A stretch of 64,000 bases of DNA from Octopus sinensis (GCF_006345805.1 NC_043016.1:10292001-10356000), one strand, 5' to 3'; numbered from the stretch's first letter, positions 29,405 to 41,769 are shown. Numbers and translations are program-made. The notes: generated by a model from the sequence alone, not told the origin.

Positions 29405-29790
29405 TGCAGGAGTGACTTTGTGGTAATAAGCTTGCTTACCAACCACATGGTACTGTGTGGAACCTTGGGCAAGTGTCTCTACTATAGCCTTGGGCTGAAG
29501 GAAACTAGAAGAAGCCTGTCGTATATGGATATATATATATATATATTATATATATATATTTCGCTTTTGGATTTAGTTTGCAAGATTCTTTATATGAGTT
29601 CGTGTGTTGAAGCATATTCTGTTGTGTCTGGGGAGAGTCATTCTCTTTTTGTGCCTTATTATATAACACACTCACCGGTAAAATTTCCACTATTTATTTT
29701 TGTTATTTTCCTAGAAGTTTCGTTGCGTCTTGCAACCTTTTCAATAGTCTTGACTCTCTTAAATGAATAAAGAAAACGTATGATTGAATG
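29195..29790. mobile_element. Two partial direct copies of a T-rich repeat (29198-29340, 29558-29790) around a SINE head
   Basis: TTTCG.TTTTGGATTT.GTTTGCAAGATTCT...GAGAGTCATT...CACTCACC.GTAAAATTTCC is duplicated. The second copy carries the UUGAAAA hammerhead fold. Confidence 0.55.
29711..29747 (-). ncRNA. Minimal hammerhead-like fold, variant core UUGAAAA
   Basis: CUA-UUGAAAA-G-GUUGC[AAGAC]GCAAC-GAAA-CUU-C-UAG. Confidence 0.5.
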
Positions 29791-30259
29791 CTGGGTTTTC
29801 TTTAGAGCATTCAGAAACAGTAGTAACAATGATAAATGGAAATTTTTACGATAGCTTAATTCGTGCTTCATGTTCAAACTTGCTCAATAGTGACTAGAGA
29901 GAAACAATGTGTTGTGTGTATACAACTAATTATCACTCTCGTTATATAAAACAAAATAAGTTGATGATGGATAATTAATGACTTACTATTGTACATGTAT
30001 ACATATTTACACACAAACATTCACTCTCATACACACACAGATACACACACACATACACACACACACACACGCATATATGTTGTGTGTGCATGCATATGTG
30101 TGTGTGTAAATATGTATATTACAAAGAAAGGACAGGAAAAACATGTGGCATCGTATTAGAACATGGAATTTATAATTCAAACATAATTGTAGAGTTGTTT
30201 TGATGTTGCTGGTGTACAAGTTATCATATAAGTAAAAGAGTAAGAAGTTGTGCATAAAG

Positions 30260-30356
30260 TCTCGTACAGCTGTTTCTAGAATTACTGCACATATTGTACA
30301 TATCTCAGTGGACAAAGATTTCTATATAAAAGCCTATTATACAATCTTCAGAGAAG
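30260..30356 (-). ncRNA. Possible decayed hammerhead
   Basis: CUGAAGA and GAAACAGCUGUA are present ~70 nt apart; no convincing stem II. Confidence 0.3.
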
Positions 30357-30831
30357 AATGAAAGAATATCTATACTAAGGAATATTTGTGCTTTATATGT
30401 ATTAGTTACATATCATCATCATCATCATCATCATCATTTTAACTGACATTTTCCCCATGCTTGCATAGGTCAAATGGAATTAGTTAAGAGAGATTTTTCT
30501 AAGGCCAAATGCCCTTTTTGTCACCAATCTTCACCTACATTCAAGCAGGATAATACCTCCCAATGGCCAGACATGTTTTGCACAGAAGACTGGAAACAAA
30601 CATCACTTTATGATAAAGATGATGCTTGTTTATAAACATTATGACAAAGATGCATAGACATACACACATGTTTCTGTGTATATAACTGAATAGAGTTAGA
30701 TGTTTTTATAATCATAATAATGAAATCAATGTCAATATGTTACTTTGACTTTTAGATAAACTACAGCAAAAAATTTGTTTTGCATCATATCACTGTGAAC
30801 ACTGATCTGAAAGTTGAGAGACCTAGCTTAA

Positions 30832-31052
30832 CCCTTTCGTTACTGTGTTTCTGTTGAGATGCTCTGTGTTTCTTTCAATTACTTTAAATATAACAAAGAA
30901 TTTAGTAAAATAACTTAGTTATCATTAAACTAGTGTTAGGAACATAAATTGTGACTAAGGTTTGGTGGGAGATTTTAATTCAAAACTTATGAAAACATGA
31001 CATTTGTACTACAGAGCCAGAGGTGGTTTCAGCTGGGTTGGTAACGAAAGGG
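30832..31052 (+). mobile_element. piggyBac-type MITE
   Basis: TTAA|CCCTTTCGTTAC...GTAACGAAAGGG|TTAA. Confidence 0.85.
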
Positions 31053-31079
31053 TTAAGAATTCTCTATAATATATTTTAA

Positions 31080-31299
31080 TCCTTTTGTTACCATATTTCT
31101 GTTGAGATGCTCTGTGTTTCTTTCAATTACATTAAATATAACAAAGAATTTAGTAAAATAACTTAGTTATCATTAAGTTAGTGTTAGGAACATAAATTGT
31201 AATGAAGGTTTGGTGGAAGATTTTAATTCAAAACTTATGAAAACAGGACATTTGCACTCAGAGCCAGAACTGGTTTCAGCCAGGTTGGTAATGAAAGGG
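31080..31299 (+). mobile_element. piggyBac-type MITE, second copy
   Basis: TTAA|TCCTTTTGTTACC...GGTAATGAAAGGG|TTAA; the internal sequence matches the first copy. Confidence 0.8.
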
Positions 31300-31937
31300 T
31301 TAATGTCATCTCAACAGTTTTGCATGTGAAAAAAATAAGTAGACTTTGTGTTTTGCTTAACACAAAATGCAAAGTCCAGAAGAGTGCATCTTTGATGCAG
31401 ATCTGAAGTAGTGTCACTTTAATGTTTAAAGTAGCAAATATTATGTAAATTTTCATTTGGAAGTTTTGTGTGAAAACATTGAAAACAGTGTCGGTACAGA
31501 AACAATTGTAACGGATTGTTAAAGACATGTTAAAGTCTTTCTTTGTCTTTATTTCAATAACAGATATACATATATATGACAGGCTTCTTTCAGTTTCCAT
31601 CAACCCAATCCATTCACAAAGCTTTGGTTGACCTGAGGCTATAGTAAAAGACACTTGCCCAATGTGACACGCAACGGGACTGAATCCAGAACCAGCCAGC
31701 TTCTTACCACATAATCACACACATGTACACACACTTACATATATATATATATATATATATACAGAGAGAGAGAGCGGCAAAGGCATGGCTGTGTGGTTTG
31801 AAGCTTGCTTCCCAACCACACAGTTCTGAGTTCAGTCCCTTAGGTAAGTGTCTTCTACTATAGCCCCAGGCCGACCAAAGCCTTGTGAGGGGATTTGGTA
31901 GATGGAAACTGAAAGAAGCCCGTCGTATATATATGTG

Positions 31938-31978
<41 letters not shown>

Positions 31979-32221
31979 CACTGCTAAGTTACATCCCTGT
32001 AACTTAGCAGTTCGGTGAAAGTGACTAATAGAATAAGTACTAGACTTTTAAAATAAGTCCTGGGGTCGATTTGTTCAACTAAAATCCTTCAAGGCAGTGC
32101 TCCAGCATGTCTGCAGTCAAATGACTGAAACAAGTAAAAGAATACATACACACACATATATTTAGTTGAAATTTACAGAAAAATAAAACCCGAAGACAGG
32201 TGTATAAACAACATGCAGGTA

Positions 32222-32252
<31 letters not shown>

Positions 32253-32621
32253 AATACTCACATAATTTGTTTCTGTGTGATGTTTCAAAGTATATAATAT
32301 TTGAGTTTAAACCATAAAGATATTTACTTTATTGTCGTGTTGTAATTACTTCCCGACATGTAATTAAAGCTTTAGTGCAATTTTACAACACCTGTACATG
32401 CCATGTGCTTATCATAAGATCTCATGTGGTTACATGTCATGTCATTTGTTTATTTTACTTTTCCTTTAATCTTCATGTTTGATGAAGGAAAATGTTTGAG
32501 ACCTGAAGGCAAAAAATACCTAAAAAACAAGCAAAATTTTCAAAATTTAAACTCATCACAAATGTATATATCTATGTTAATCATGAGATATCTTCAAACA
32601 ATGTTACGTGTGTATGTATGC

Positions 32622-32652
<31 letters not shown>

Positions 32653-32852
32653 GGTATGTGTTTGCATGCATATATATCTATATGTGTATATGAATATATA
32701 TACATATCCCGTTATGTATCTATATTCATATATATATATATTTGTATCTACCTATCCATCCATCCATATACCTATCTACCATCCATCCGTCCATCTGTCT
32801 GTCTGACTATGCATGCATGTCTGCATGTATGTATGTATGTATGTATGCATCC

Positions 32853-32886
<34 letters not shown>

Positions 32887-33209
32887 TGAGAAAGAGAGTG
32901 AAATAGATAGATAGATAGACAGAGAGAGAGAAAGAGATTTGGCACATGCCTTAGTGGATAGAGTGTTGCACTCGTGATTGTGGTTTCAATATCCAGATTG
33001 GGTAGTCTTGAGCAAAACACTTCATTCCACATTATTCTGCGATCACTTTGACACATGACATGTGACACGCTGTGTACCCATGCATGCAATTTCGATTTGA
33101 TGGTGGGAGTGATCAAATGTACGACACAAACATTTTGATCAAATGAAACAAATCATCTGTGAAGGTCATTCAGCAAGAAATTATGGAATCGTCTTTCTCG
33201 GACTCCAGA

Positions 33210-33550
33210 AACTGAGAAGAAGGAGGAGGTGAAGAAGAAGAAGGAGGAAGTGAAGAAGAAGGAGGTGAAGAAGAAGAAGAAGAAAGAGGAGGAGGAGAAG
33301 AAGAAGAAGAAGAAGAGGAGGAGGTGAAGAAGAAGAAAGAGGAGGTGAAGAAGAAGGAGCAGGAGGTGAAGAAGAGGGAAGAGGAGGCGGTGGTGAAGAA
33401 GAAGAAGGAAGAGGAGATGAAGAAGAAGAAAGAGGAGGAGGTGAAGAAGGAGGAGGAGGTAAAGAAGGAGGAGGAGGAAGTGAAGAAGGAGGAGGAGGAG
33501 GTGAAGAAGAAGGAAGAGGAGGTGAAGAAGGAGGAGGTGGAGAAGAAGGA
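33210..33550 (+). repeat. Purine-rich GAG/AAG minisatellite (GAGGAGGTGAAGAAG-type units)
   Basis: Directly visible. Confidence 0.85.
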
Positions 33551-33559
33551 GAAATGTGT

Positions 33560-34170
33560 GTGCATGAAATGGGCTTTGAATGCAGAAGAATTATGAAGGA
33601 TCTGATGGATGTGTAATGTCAGTGTGCATGAAGTACAGAGTACAGATGAACTGAAAGGAAAACTGGGTGTAAGGGGAGGCAGGGGTAACGTGCAAGAGTG
33701 GAGGCTGTGCTGGTACGGAATCGTGAGGCGGCGAGCTGGCAGAAACGTTAGCACGCCAGGTGAAATGCTTAGCGGTATTTCGTCTGCTGCTACATTCTGA
33801 GTTCAAATTCCACCGAGGTTGACTTTGCATTTCATCCTTTCGGGGTCGATAAATTAAGTACCAGTTATGAACTGGGGTCGATGTAATTGATTTAATACCT
33901 ATGTCTGTCCTTGTTTGTTCCCTCTGTGTTTAGCCCCTTGTGGGTAATAGAGAAATTGGTATGGAATCGTGATGTGCATGGAAGATCATTGTTGCATGAA
34001 GAAGTGCAGTCTACACCAAGTTAGTGAATTCTGTGGAAGACAGAGAGACTGATGGACACTTGGAACAAAGTAATGAGGACTGATGTGGAACTGCTGTGTA
34101 TCACAGAGAAGAGGACAACAACAAAAAAATAATAATAATGCATTGATTGGTGATGCGAAACTGCAGCACA
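33560..34170 (+). mobile_element. Decayed RTE-type LINE ORF2 C-terminus interrupted by a SINE
   Basis: WMCNVSVHEVQSTDELKGKLGVR...RLCWYGIV|MCMEDHCCMKKC...TWNKVMRTD is continuous once the SINE is removed. Confidence 0.65.
33727..33956 (+). mobile_element. tRNA-related SINE family A monomer with 16-bp TSD
   Basis: TGGTA(C/T)GGAATCGTGA at 33711-33726 and 33957-33972; B-box-like GAGTTCAAATT; central GCCTTTCATCCTTTCGGGGTCGATAAATTAAGTACCAG block. Confidence 0.9.
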
Positions 34171-34616
34171 CTCAGTGAACCATGAGTAAACTTACTGAAA
34201 TGATGGTAGTGACAGAAGGGAGTATTTCTACATGTATTCATGCACAAAATATGGGGATTTAGTGCACAGGTGATCTAAATGATTAGGTACGCTAGGTAAG
34301 TGCTGTAATAGATTATTAGGGCTCCGAGGTTATAGCCGAGATGGTAGTTATGGGGCCATTGCAGATATCCGATGCAGCAGATATATAATTGTTAAAGAGT
34401 ATTTATATATCTATATATCTTTATATATTTATATATCTTTACTACACTCGCGGAGTGGTTGGCGTTAGGAAGGGCATCCAGCTGTAGAAACTCTGCCAGA
34501 TCAGACTGGAGCCTGGTGCAGCCCCTGGCTTCCCAGACCCCGGTCGAACCGTCCAACCCGTGCTAGCGCGGAAAACGGACGTTAAACGATGATGATGATG
34601 ATGATGATATGTGTGA

Positions 34617-34958
34617 AGGCATATGGCTCAGTGGTTAGAGCATCAGGCTCAGGCTCACGATCATGATGTAGTGAGTTCGATTCCTGGACAAGACTGTGTG
34701 TTGTGTTCTTGAGCAAGGCACTTTATTTCACATTGCCCCCGTTCACTCAGCTGTAGGAATGAGTTGCGACACCACTGGTGCCAAGCGGTATCGGCCCCTT
34801 TGCCTTTCCCTTGGATAAGATCAGTGGCATGGAGAGGAGAGGCTAGCATGCATGAGTGACTGCTGGTCTTCTACTAACAACCTTGCCAGGACTTGGTCCT
34901 CGGAGGGTAACTTTCTAAGTGCAATCCCATGGTCATTTATGACTGAAGGGAGTCTTTA
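34617..34958 (+). mobile_element. tRNA-derived SINE family E
   Basis: TGGCTCAGTGGTTAGAGC...GAGTTCGATTCC...TTGAGCAAGGCACTT; an inverted partial copy lies at 48815-49018. Confidence 0.8.
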
Positions 34959-35491
34959 TGTTTGTATTAAAACAAAAACCAGAATTTATTGTATTATTTT
35001 AACTTTTTAGTTACAAATGTTTCATTACTACATGGAAAAACATTTTACAGACGTAGATGTTAATTTTTTTGCTCAATGCCAGCAATTTCAGGGAGGGGTA
35101 AGTTGATTACTTCAATCCCAGTGATTGACCAGCACCTATTTTATTGAGCCCCTTCCCCCAGAATTTGAACTTAGAATGTAAAGACAGACAGAATTCCATA
35201 AGCATTTTACCTGGCATGCTAACAATTCCATAAGCTTCTTGATGTAACATAGATTTTGATATCAATGATATCAAAATCTGTTCTGCTCAGAGCCTGAAGA
35301 TTGCTTAGAGATACAAGGCATGTCATGAAAAAACCTACCCAGACTTGTGTCTTCAAAGCAAGAAACTGTCGGTAGCTCACATCTTTTATACCATTTACAT
35401 TTAATGATATTTATCTCTCACATGACGGAGTACATTTTTTCTGTTGATCTTACCTTAATGGAACAGTAACACACAAACACACACACACACA

Positions 35492-35522
<31 letters not shown>

Positions 35523-36111
35523 GTAGTTTGTAGCCAATTCTCTACATACTTGTTTTACCATCTTCATCAACACTGCCATCACTGGCATCAATATTTCTCG
35601 GAGTACAAATGTATTTGCCAATACAAGTTCCTCAATATTTTGTTAGTTTTATTATAATTAAGAAAACACTGGGAATTAAATTGTGTTACTTTTAGTTGCT
35701 AAGCAAACCAGTTCTGTTATTCTTTGGTGAATTTGAGGAAAGCAAGCCATAGAAGAACAGATTCCATTTTTTTTTATTTTTTAGTTTTGGAAACAAAAGA
35801 TGCTTCCAAGATAAGACATTGTTCTCTAAACAATAATTGGTGAACTAAGACAATTCGTTTACGCTGCATAGCATTATTCGTTGAATTAAATTAATATTGT
35901 GATATGTTAGATTCAGTCCTTTCACTTTTGACAATGTATTTTTTTATATATTTATTCACCACACACTTTTATTTTGCGAAATTGTCAGGTATACATAAAG
36001 TTGGCATTTCATATAATATCACCTCACACTTCTCTCACTTCCTCTCTCTCTCTCCTCTCTGTCTCTGTCCCTCTCTCTCAATATACATGCAGTTATATAT
36101 AAAGATATCAT

Positions 36112-36590
36112 CATCATCGTTTAACGTCCACTTTCCATGCTAGCATGGGTTGGACGGTTCAACTGGGGTCTGGGAAGCCAGGAGGCTGCACCAGGCCAGT
36201 CAGATCTGGCAGTGTTTCTACAGCTGGATGCCCTTCCTAACGCCAACCACTCCGTGAGTGTAGTGGGTGCTTTTTATGTGCCACCGACACAGGTGCCAGA
36301 CGAGTCTGGCGAACGGCCACACTCGGATGGTGCTTTTCATGTGCCACCGACACAGGTGACATACGAGGCTGGCGAACGGCCACGCTCGGGTGGTGCTTTT
36401 TATGTGCCACCGACACAGGTGCCAGACGAGGCTGGCGAACGGCCACGCTCGGATGGTGTTTTTTACGTGCCACCAGCACGGAGGCCAGGCGATGCGGTAG
36501 TGGCTACGGCCACGTTCGAATGGTTTTCTTATGTTCCACCGGCACTGGTACCACAAAACTGCAAATTCCATTGATGTTCATCGATTTGAT
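36112..36590 (-). mobile_element. Full-length family C copy with 63-bp VNTR units
   Basis: CCACC repeats at 36281, 36344, 36407 and 36470. The 5' end ATCGAT.AACATCAATGGAA is shared with the 26.6-27.0 kb copy. Confidence 0.8.
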
Positions 36591-37155
36591 TATAAATATA
36601 TATATGCACATAAATCAACGTGCATGTATATATGTAGACATATATGTATGTGTGTGTGTATGCATGCATTATATATTTATGTACATGTATATATGTCTCT
36701 CTCTCTCTTTCTCTATCAACACACACACACACACATATAATCCGTGTGCCAGCTGATGATGTAGGTATGTTGGATTGTTGGTATGGCTGTGTATATATTA
36801 AAAGGATGTGTTATAACACATCCTTTTGATATATATACACACACAGACACACACACACACATACACACACACATGTATATATATAAATATAAGAGAAAAT
36901 GGTGTCATTGAGACCCAAAGGTGTCAGGTAATGCTGAATAAGTGCTATAGATAGACCATAGTTAAGTTCCAGGTTCGGTAATATTGCAAATAAAGGGCTC
37001 AAACATTGATTCTATGTTAGTGTGTGTATATAAGAATTTTGGGATTTACAACTTCAATACCCATACATATCTTGCATCTATTTTCTTTCATCCACCTCAC
37101 TCTCTATTTGTATCACATCTAAAACTAACTATGACTTAATTTTTCCTCTCACACC

Positions 37156-37207
37156 ATCTCCGACAAAGGGATATAATTAGTAAATATCCTAGAAACAGCT
37201 GTAAGAC
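37156..37207 (+). ncRNA. Decayed hammerhead-like fold, core CCGACAA
   Basis: UCU-CCGACAA-A-GGGAUAU[AAUUAGUAA]AUAUCCU-A-GAAA-CAGCUGU-A-AGA. Confidence 0.45.
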
Positions 37208-37274
37208 CTTCTATCTATAAATGTTCTAATATCTACACAGCCTTGGTTTTTTATCTTATTATGCAAAAAATTCT

Positions 37275-37333
<59 letters not shown>

Positions 37334-37595
37334 TATATATATAAATGAGTAAATATTTGAATGAATATTCATATAGATATTATTATTATCATTAGCAGTA
37401 AATATGTAAATAGTTAATAATATCAATAATAATGCTGGCCACTAATATTATTAGTGGTTTGGCAGGAGATACCAATAGGATAAGTACCAGACTTAAGAAG
37501 CAAGTCACGGGGTCAATTTGTTCAACTAAAACCCTTCGAGGCGGTGCTCCAGCATGGCTGCAGTCAAATTACTGAAGCAAGTAAAAGAATAAAAT

Positions 37596-37829
37596 AATAA
37601 TAGTTATCGCCATACTAATATGGCATTCTTATAAAAATAAGAATAAAGCTGTCCGCTTATTAGCTCCATGAGGCCATCGCCTTAAGTTAGCTATTTGATA
37701 CACAAACTGTATCCATATAAACTGTATCAAATAGCTAACTTAAGGCGATGGCCTCATGGAGCTAATAAGCGGACAGCTTTATTCTTATTTTTATAAGAAT
37801 GCCATATTAGTATGGCGATAACTATTATT
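37596..37829. repeat. Perfect 107-bp inverted repeat with 20-nt spacer
   Basis: 37596-37702 is the exact reverse complement of 37723-37829, checked base by base. Confidence 0.97.
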
Positions 37830-37972
37830 TTCCGGGAACACTGCCGCTGTTCTCTTTTAGAGAGACTTAGTAATTTTAATATTTCTATTATTGAATAAAA
37901 TAATATTTTCTTTAAAAAAAAAAAATCTTTGTTTTTTTTTTATTTTTTCATGTTAATTTTTGTTTGTTTTAG

Positions 37973-38164
37973 GTAAAATTCGCTGTACAAGAGAGTGGTT
38001 ATGTGAGACAAAAGCGTGGTTTCAAACCACTTTCAAAGCTTATTCAACAAGAAGGAAGTGTACATGTTTATCCTCAGATGTCACCAAAATTAAGGACTGT
38101 TGATAAACGTTTAAACATGTTGCCTGAACCCACAGACCCCTTCTACCCAAAACAATGGTATTTG
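37973..38164 (+). CDS. PCSK2: Internal exon of prohormone convertase 2 (end of propeptide, RQKR maturation site, start of mature enzyme)
   Basis: Polypyrimidine acceptor ...tgtttgttttAG (37971-72), donor TTG|GTAAGT (38165). 192 nt, phase 0/0: VKFAVQESGYVRQKRGFKPLSKLIQQEGSVHVYPQMSPKLRTVDKRLNMLPEPTDPFYPKQWYL. Matches recalled PC2 exon 3 (VKMALQQEGFDRKKRGY...DPLFTKQWYL), apparently with the same intron positions. Furin/PC1 paralogues are less similar by eye. Confidence 0.85.
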
Positions 38165-38337
38165 GTAAGTACCACTCTTATTCTTGCATACTCTAAATAA
38201 TTTTTGGTTACCTGATTCTCACCATAGCTCTTTCTATGAGCCAGTGAGGGAACCTCTTCATGGGTGATTGCAGTCAAAGCTGCTGATGTCATATGTGAGG
38301 CACCCATGAACTCCCTGAAATCACATTCTGCTATCTT

Positions 38338-38735
38338 ATTTCTTTATTGCCCACAAGGGGCTAAACATAGAGGGGACAAATGAGGACAGACAAAGGGTTT
38401 AAGTTGATTACCTCGACCCCAGTGCATAACTGGTACTTATTTAATCGACCCCCGAAAGGATGAAAGGCTAAGTCGACCTCAGCGGAATTTGAACTCAGAA
38501 CATAGTGGCAGACGAAATACTTATTTCTTTACTACCCATAAGGGGCTAAACACAGGGGGGACAAACAAGGATAGACAAACGGATCCCAGTGTGTAACTGG
38601 TACTTATTTAATCGACCCCAAAAGGATGAAAGGCTAAGTCGACCTCAGCGGAATTTGAACTCAGAACGTAGCGGCAGACAAAATACTACTCAGCATTTTG
38701 CCCAGCGTGCTAATGTTTCTGCCAGCTCACTGCCT
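38338..38735 (-). mobile_element. SINE family A dimer with 17-bp TSD, ~170 bp downstream of the PC2 exon
   Basis: TCACATTCTGCTATCTT at 38321-38337 and 38736-38752. Confidence 0.9.
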
Positions 38736-38931
38736 TCACATTCTGCTATCTTAACACATTAACTGCCACATGTATACCACCTGTGTTTCATTGCAAACTT
38801 CACACCACTGCCATGTTGCACCACTGGTCATACATTTTCATAATTGGAGAAAATATTTTATTCTGTATCTCTGACGTGGTTTTGAGGATATTTCAGTAAC
38901 ATGAGTGCTAAATATTAAAGTTTAATTAGAC

Positions 38932-39089
38932 ACAGGTGTGGTTATGTGGTAAGTAGCTTGCTTCCCAACCACATGGTTCCGGCTTCAGTCCCACTGCGTG
39001 GCACCTTGGGCAAGTGTCTTCTATTATAACCTCAGGCCGACCAAAGCCTTGTGAGTGGATTTGGTAGACGGAAACTGAAAGAATCCCGT

Positions 39090-39137
<48 letters not shown>

Positions 39138-39348
39138 TATGTGTGTTTGTGTGTCTGTGTTTGTCCCCCTAGCATTGCTTGACAACCGATGCTGGTGTGC
39201 TTATGTCCCCGTTACTTAGCGGTTCGGCAAAAGAGACCGATAGAATAAGTACTGGGCTTACAAAAGAATAAGTCCCGGGGTCGAGTTGCTCGATTAAAGG
39301 CGGTGCTCCAGCATGGCCGCAGTCAAATGACTGAAACAAGTAAAAGAG
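38932..39348 (+). mobile_element. tRNA-derived CORE-like SINE family B (resembles recalled octopus OR-type SINEs)
   Basis: Head GGTAAGTAGCTTGCTT.CCAACC...GGTTCAGTCCC, CORE-like GCACCTTGGGCAAGTGTCTT, internal (TA)/(TG)n, tail GGCGGTGCTCCAGCATGGCC...CTGAAACAAGTAAAAGAG. Other copies near 13.1, 25.5(-), 27.9, 29.4, 31.6(-), 31.8, 39.35, 43.6, 44.05, 45.4/48.5, 50.8(-) and 63.2(-) kb. Confidence 0.85.
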
Positions 39349-39670
39349 TATACACAGGTGTGGTTGTGTGGTAAGAAGCTTGCTTCCCAGCCACATGGTT
39401 CCAGGTTCAGTCCCACTGCGTGGTACCTTGGGCAAGTGTCTTCTACTATAACCTCAGGCCAACGAATGCCTTGTGAGTAGATTTGGTAGACAGAAACTGA
39501 AAAGAAGCCCATCGTGTGTATATGTGTGTGTGTCTGTGTTTGTGTGTGTATTTTCCCTGCATATATTAAAATGATGGAATGGTCATTATCGGAAGGCTTT
39601 TGGACATAGGGCTATGCGATGAGGTCTCATCTGAGATTAATAAAAAAAAACTCATCACTGCCTTCGAATG

Positions 39671-39703
<33 letters not shown>

Positions 39704-40479
39704 CTTAGCGTCCGCTTTCCATGCTAGCATGGGTTGGACGGTTCAACTGGGGTCTGGGAAGCCGGAAGGCTGCAATGATACCAACCTTAGTATTTATTTT
39801 ACCGAGTGTTTTTTTTTTGTTTTCTTATTCTCTATGGATAACAGAATGATGAAAAGTTGCCTGATCATCCAAGGTGGCTGGAATGGATGGGTGGGTGGGA
39901 TTTTCCTTTGGGCCTGGTGCAGCCTTCTGGCTTCCCAGACCCCAGTTGAACCGTCCAACCCGTGCTAGCATGGAAAGCAGACGCTAAACGATGATGATGA
40001 TGATGATGATGATGATATTCATTTCATCATCATCATCATCATCATTTAATGTCTGTTTTCCATGTTGGTATGGATTGGATGGTTTGAGAGAAGCTGGTTA
40101 GCTGCCCAAGCCCCGATTGTCTGTTTCGGCAAGGTTTCTACAGCTGGATGCCCTTTCTAATGCCAACCCACATTACAGAGTGTACTCAGTGCTTTTTAAG
40201 TGGCACTGGCAAGGATCTTCATAGGTGGAACTGGCACGGGTGTTTTATATGTGGCACCAGCATGGGTGCTTTTCCAGGTGGCACTGATATAGGTGCTTGT
40301 CTATATGGCACTTGCCCCTGCATTTTTCACTGCCAATACATCATCCTCTTCCACTTCACCCTCTTCTGCCAGTTCGCTCTCCCATCTGCCAGTCCATTAT
40401 CTTCTAACAATTCACTGCTCTCAGACTCTTCACTTGTCTTTGACAGATCACCCCATTTTCTTCTTCATTTCTTTGCAAT

Positions 40480-40905
40480 TTAAGTACGCCTTACTTCCCT
40501 GGGTGCCTTACTTCCCTGGGCATGGACAGGGAAGTTACTAACAATAACTCTGAGCACCTTTTCAAACTCCACCCATCTAACACCCGTGGGCATATTTACA
40601 AAGTCAGAAAACAGCACAGCTCCCATGACTTTCGGAAACATTTTTTCACGCTGAAGCATGGAACAAACTGCCGGCATCAGTTGTTAGTTGTCGGAGCACT
40701 GCATCCTTCAAAACTTCCATGCTTCCTGAGATTCGCCAACACTACACCTGATTTTCTCCCCTCCATACACACACAAACATGTATCTGACTCATACATTGT
40801 TCGCTTTCCAGACATTTGTACATTACTGCATATACTCTATACGCACTTTCTAACAAGTTGTGGTGCACCTGAGCACTGTATACAATAATTTCATTATTAT
40901 TATAT
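40480..40905 (+). mobile_element. 3' end of a CR1-type LINE
   Basis: LFKLHPSNTRGHIYKVRKQHSSHDFRKHFF followed by a WNKLP...VV...SFK-like segment across a deletion; ends in an (ATT)n-like tail. Confidence 0.75.
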
Positions 40906-40943
40906 ATTATTATTTGCCTGATATTCCAATTAATTTGTAATCC

Positions 40944-41350
40944 ACTGCCCTACTAATAACCTTTCTACAATAGGTACAAGGCCTGAAATTTTGGGGAAAA
41001 GGGCTAGTCAATTTGATCGACCTCAGTATACAACTGGCACTTAATTTATTGACCCCAAAAGAATGAAAGGCAAAGTTGACTTCAGCGGAATTTGAACTCA
41101 GAACACAGCAACAGGTGAAATACCACTGCCCTTCTAATAACCTTTCTACTATAGGCACAAGGCCTGAGATTTAGGGGAAGGGGGCTAGTTGATTTGATCG
41201 ACCACGCTACACAACTGGTACTTAATTTATTGACCCTGAAAGAATGAAAGGCAAAGTCACCTTAGTGGAATTTGAACTCAGAGTGTAGTGATGGGCGAAA
41301 TACCACTGCCCTACTAATAACAAAAATATTTGTTTCAAATTTTGGCACAA
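40944..41350 (-). mobile_element. SINE family A variant in tandem
   Basis: ~180-bp units with an alternative tail (GGCACAAGGCCTGA.ATTT.GGGGAA). Confidence 0.75.
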
Positions 41351-41711
41351 GGCCAGCAGTTTTAAGAGTGCATTATGTCGTGCTTGAGAAGATGACCCAT
41401 CAAGCTGAGCAAAATCACAGTCATGACAGATACTGGTGTCACGCAAATGGCACCCATGTCAGTGGCACGTAAAAACACTCATTACGCTCACAGAGTGGTT
41501 GGCGTTAGGAAGGGCATCCAGATGTAGAAACACTGCCAGATCAGACTGGAGCCTGGTGCAGCCTTCTGGCTTCCTAGACCCCAGTTGAACCATCCAACCC
41601 ATGCTAACATGGAAAGCAGACGTTAAACGATGATGATGATAATGACACATGCATACAAACATACATATATACACACCACAAACTTCATTTTGGTATAACT
41701 CTCGCAAGATG

Positions 41712-41769
<58 letters not shown>

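Noticed and set aside
33324-33596. K/E-rich coiled-coil-like ORF
   Set aside because: It is a GAG/AAG minisatellite next to an RTE remnant, with no splice or domain support.
37998-38041. 10-bp stem around the RQKR codons as an editing substrate
   Set aside because: Too short and AT-rich to distinguish from chance without editing data.
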